Positions 62,860-64,000 of a DNA stretch of 64,000 nt are shown here, piece by piece. The stretch's first letter is position 1; every line of letters begins with the position of its first letter. Made by a program: the position numbers and the translations under genes. The DNA lies in the NCBI GenBank assembly GCA_030704615.1, contig CM060734.1, positions 18,104,001 through 18,168,000 of the forward strand, read 5' to 3'. The notes under the pieces were generated by a model. It saw only the letters and a program-made list of their open reading frames with translations, was not told the DNA's origin and did no database searches. The stretch is from Takakia lepidozioides (taxonomy: Eukaryota > Plantae > Bryophyta).

Positions 62860-63945
62860 ACTGGGTGCGGCACCGCACTCAGTTTTGAGGGGAGCTCTAT
62901 CACTTCCATTGTAGGCCGAGGTGAATAACTAAGTCTTAGAGATAGCAGGATCTGAAACGGAAGCCTGAGAGGGACACGGAGAAATTGAGTGCGGTGGCGC
63001 ACTCATTTCAACTGGATGCTTGCCGATCGCTTGGGCATTAGGGAAAGAGGAAGGTGATGTTCACAGTTTAGGTCCGTGAGACACTGGAGTGGTCACCCTG
63101 AACTGAGTGCGCCACCGCACTCAATTTCTGAGCTCCATGGAATCATTGAGTTGCTATTGACTGAGGTGAACAGTAGATAAAGTGTGATTATTCCATAGTG
63201 AGATCTCTTATGAGTTATGAGAATGACATTATGTCTAACCTGGAAACTGAGTGCGTTGGCGCACACAGTTCCGAGGTGTGATCGACAATGTTTTTGGACA
63301 GACGTGAAGAGCTCAATGAACTCAAAACAGAAGTAGGCAGACATAATGGATGGCTCCCAAACTGAGTGCGCCACCGCACTCAGTTTTGGATCACCATAGA
63401 ATGGTCAATTTGCAAATGACAGACGTGAAACGAAAGTTAGAAAGTGTGTTTCATTCAAAGTGAGATCTCTTTTGAGTTTTCAGATAGACAGAAACGATAA
63501 CCTTGAAACTGAGTGCGGTGGCGCACTCAGTTCAGAGGTGAGGTCGACCATCTTCATGGACAGAGGTAACGACCCAGGTGTGCTCACAAGAGAAAGCAGG
63601 ACAGAGTGGAGGGCTCCCAGAAATGAGTGCGCCAGCGCACTCAGTTTTTTGAGCACCTGTAGATGGTTGATTTGATGATGTCTAGAATGAAGATTCTGCC
63701 TCAGTTTCTGCCTGTAGAATGAAGTACACAATGTGGAAGAGGAAGTGACAAAGGAGCCATTGACTGAGTGCCTGCGATGAACATGATTTCTTAGATGTCA
63801 TGGAAGGTGTCCAAAAATGAGTGCGCCACCGCACTCAATTCCGGTTGACAAGAAAGGAGGGTTATGTGTGTAGTTTTGGAGAACTGATGTTTGTCTGTTC
63901 CGATCTTTTGTCAGTCTCGAAAGTGAGTGCGCCACCGCACTCAAT
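62860..63945. repeat. Array of ~9-10 palindromes TGAGTGCG-NNNN-CGCACTCA (continues toward the window end)
   Basis: Copies near 62863, 62986, 63103, 63247, 63362, 63509, 63624, 63818 and 63924; spacing mostly alternating ~115/~145 bp. Confidence 0.88.
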
Positions 63946-64000
63946 TCTTGTAGGTGCCAGATCAGGAAAATGTAACTGTGGAATGACGGAAAGGCTGTAA

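Overview
Eukaryotic, plant-like (probably non-seed plant; inference) window dominated by nested transposons, with one clearly intact host gene: V-ATPase proteolipid subunit c, 3 exons on the minus strand, whose ~12.9-kb first intron is filled with LINE copies bounded by (TC)n tracts. The left half is a nest. A Ty3/Gypsy element with a dUTPase-like domain (1-2988) was invaded by a chromodomain Gypsy element (TSD CATAC; its 5' LTR-gag block is now inverted). That element was invaded in turn by an Athila/Tat-like LTR element (18843-26839, TSD GAGAT) and by an 11.15-kb Mutator-like DNA transposon (4222-15371, 8-bp TSD). The most interesting signal is this DNA transposon and two related loci (~28780-34150 and ~58300-64000). 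It pairs a GCM/WRKY-like + MULE DDE + SWIM transposase with a divergently transcribed, intron-containing cargo gene encoding a ParB/Srx-like domain (DGNHRLxA) and a beta-class amino-methyltransferase (N4mC/N6mA)-like domain. Each locus has its own array of CpG-containing palindromes sharing a T(G/C)CG-N4-CG(C/G)A core, a candidate transposon self-recognition or anti-silencing system (hypothesis). All TE ORFs are degenerate.
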